From Dehalococcoidia bacterium (GTDB taxonomy: Bacteria; Chloroflexota; Dehalococcoidia; Plut-88900), in assembly GCA_965249275.1 (NCBI GenBank), contig CBDFLQ010000005.1, positions 416,001 to 480,000 of the forward strand: 64,000 nucleotides of DNA. Reading direction: 5' to 3'. The translations under genes were made by a program, and so were the position numbers. Numbering within the stretch: position 1 is the first letter of the stretch; each line of letters opens with the position of its first letter. Positions 62,005-64,000 of the stretch are shown one piece after another. The notes under the pieces were generated by a model. It did not search any database, had not been told where the DNA came from, and saw only the letters and a program-made list of their open reading frames with translations.

Positions 62005-62376
62005 TGGGGTGGGGCGCCCTCCCTCGCCACCCAAGAAAGGGACCGCCTACTAGCCCATACCCACATAATCTCGCATGCCCATCCCTTCTCCATCGCCGAC
62101 TCCCCCATCCCAGGAAGATGACGGAAAATTTTCCCGTAGAACAATCATACAGGCACGAACTTTCGATTGAATCAATCAAAAGCCCCCACCGGGACAACCC
62201 CCTCACCCAATAAAGGAGCCAGCCTACTAGCCCACACCCCCAACCCCTCCCTCCACAATTGAAGATGGAACATGCGCCTTTGGAGCATCCGCCTCAGGAG
62301 GACTAAATTCCCCCGTTGACGCCCACGACAAGGCAGGTTACATTTGCCGGGCCATCCAGCTTGAAAGGAGCCTTAA

Positions 62377-63204
62377 ATGGAGCTAGCCCCGGGCCTTCAC
62401 TCCCTGCATGTCCCCATAGAGGAAGGATCTTTCTTCTTCAGACACTACCCGCCCAACTCCTATCTCCTCACCGAGGGCGAAGGCGCGCTCATCGACACGG
62501 GCAACGGGGACGACATCTCCATTAACAGCAGGCTCGACCAGCTCAAGGAGCTCGGGAATCCCGGCTTCGGGTACATCATCCTCACCCACCCCCACGGCGA
62601 CCATCTCGGCGGCGCCGAGCGGTTCAAGCAGCTGGCAGGGGCCAAAATCATCATCCACCGAGATGACGCCGACACGGCCAACGAGGCTTTTGAGGACACC
62701 CGCGTCGACGAGGCGTTTGAGGACGGTGACGTGATCAACCTGGGGAGTATCGAGCTGGAACTGATTCACACGCCCGGCCACACCCACGGGCATACCTGCG
62801 TCCTGAACCGGAGCAATCGATCCCTCTTCACCGGCGACCACATCCTCGGCACCGGCACCACCGCCGTCAGCCCCGACCGCGGTGACATGGCGAAGTACAT
62901 CGACTCCCTGCGAAAGCTTCAGCCGCTGAATATCAGCGCCCTATACCCGGGCCACGGGTCTCCGGTGAACCAGCCCCAGACCAAGATCAAGGAGCTTCTC
63001 GACCACCGGATGGAGCGGGAGAAGCAGGTCCTCACCTACCTCTCCGAGGGCCGGGACACCATCGAAAGCCTGGTCAGGGCCATCTATCCGGAACTCGACA
63101 AGGACCTCCTCTCGGAAGCCGAGGGCCAGGTCAAGGTCCATCTTGTGAAGCTAGTCAACGAGAGGCGGGTCGAGGCACGGGGCGAGAAATACGGCGTGAG
63201 GTAA
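62377..63204 (+). CDS. MBL-fold hydrolase, LACTB2-like with C-terminal winged helix
   Basis: IDTG, THPHGDH, HTPGHT, FTGDHILG, PGHG, HR..RE, IY, HL.KL. Confidence 0.88.
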   Translation: MELAPGLHSLHVPIEEGSFFFRHYPPNSYLLTEGEGALIDTGNGDDISINSRLDQLKELGNPGFGYIILTHPHGDHLGGAERFKQLAGAKIIIHRDDADTANEAFEDTRVDEAFEDGDVINLGSIELELIHTPGHTHGHTCVLNRSNRSLFTGDHILGTGTTAVSPDRGDMAKYIDSLRKLQPLNISALYPGHGSPVNQPQTKIKELLDHRMEREKQVLTYLSEGRDTIESLVRAIYPELDKDLLSEAEGQVKVHLVKLVNERRVEARGEKYGVR

Positions 63205-63251
63205 ACGTAGAACTGCCGCCGCCCTCACTCAGCACTAGGAGTTTGACTGTT

Positions 63252-63440
63252 ATGTTGGACCGGGACTATGCCTATCAGACTGGCAAGCGTAACGAAAAAA
63301 GGCATCCCAATGCGTGCTCCTGCCAGCAGTGCACGAATAAGCGGCTGGACAAGCTCGGCTTCCCCCATGCAAATGAAACGCCCCTGGAGGCGGCATTGCG
63401 ACGGAAGGCCGACAAGAAACGCAAACGTAGAAAAAAGTGA
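63252..63440 (+). CDS. Small basic protein with H-x3-C-x-C-x2-C motif
   Basis: AGGAG RBS 10 nt upstream; HPNACSCQQC; Lys/Arg-rich tail. Confidence 0.5.
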   Translation: MLDRDYAYQTGKRNEKRHPNACSCQQCTNKRLDKLGFPHANETPLEAALRRKADKKRKRRKK

Positions 63441-63553
63441 GCTTGACCCAGGGATGCGCCGAGGATAAAGCCCTCGCAACCCCTCCCAAGTTGCCTAACT
63501 GAGAGTATCGACCCTAAGAAATGCCAAGCATTCTTTAGGCTGTTTACCCAAGG

Positions 63554-63952
63554 CTAGATAACAGCGTCGGCGTCTATCTCCACGACCATGTCGGGGTGTA
63601 CGAGGGCATCGGTGCCGAGAAGCGTGCAGACCGGCTTGATGTTGCCGAACACCTCGCCGTGGGCAATCCCGACCTCCTCGGCGTGGTTCTGAACGTCGAC
63701 CACGAAGACCCTCGTCCTGACCACGTTCTCCAGCGAGCCGCCCGCCTGCTCAACGTACCCTTTGATCAGCCCGAGGACGTGCTTGGTCTGCTCGTAGTAG
63801 TCGCCGGGTGCAAACACCGACCCGTCCGCCGACGTTGAAGCGTTGCCCGCGATGAATATGTGGCTGGTTGGGTTGTCGACCCTGACGGCTCGGCAAAACC
63901 CGAACTTAGTCTCCAACGGCCTTCCACTCTCGACTTGTGATCTCTCTCCCAT
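63554..63952 (-). CDS. RidA/YjgF family protein
   Basis: GFCRAVRV, VVRTRVFV, HGEVFG.I.P..T, VEIDADA. Confidence 0.88.
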   Translation of the reverse strand: MGERSQVESGRPLETKFGFCRAVRVDNPTSHIFIAGNASTSADGSVFAPGDYYEQTKHVLGLIKGYVEQAGGSLENVVRTRVFVVDVQNHAEEVGIAHGEVFGNIKPVCTLLGTDALVHPDMVVEIDADAVI

Positions 63953-64000
63953 ACTTCACCTCCATTTGCATTTACCTATAGAGCATACTCATTTTACGGA

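Noticed and set aside
63493-63540. attC-like site (GCCTAAC...TTTAGGC)
   Set aside because: Too short, lacks the GTT core, shows poor internal complementarity and there is no integron integrase.

Overview
High-GC bacterial chromosomal window, most consistent with Chloroflexota/Dehalococcoidia, SAR202-like. This is inferred from gene content (repeated luciferase-like monooxygenases, many amidohydrolases, CoA-transferase, unlinked 23S) and was not checked by a search. Core genes are moaA, comEA-comEC, a DUF503/DUF1998-helicase/MBL/acuC operon, a stand-alone ~3.13 kb 23S rRNA followed by initiator tRNA-Met (no 16S or 5S in the window), methylcrotonyl-CoA-carboxylase-like subunits, trxB-like, rpiB, pheS and pheT. 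Accessory content includes an IS481 element, a probable MITE, several toxin-antitoxin genes and relics, nuclease islets and many REP-like palindromes. The most unusual observations are: (i) pheS and pheT are split by five tandem ~485-aa amidohydrolase paralogs plus an HTH-IrrE/DUF4411 pair, apparently within one transcription unit; (ii) the 23S carries GC-rich hairpin expansions, including ~95 nt in helix 63, the position of eukaryotic ES27L; (iii) a ~21-22-nt micro-palindrome is nested inside three unrelated REP families and also forms a tandem array; (iv) a ~350-bp relic island at tRNA-fMet holds a decayed vapBC pair, and an anticodon-arm look-alike lies just upstream of the tRNA; (v) two adjacent EamA transporters carry Arg-rich insertions in the same loop.
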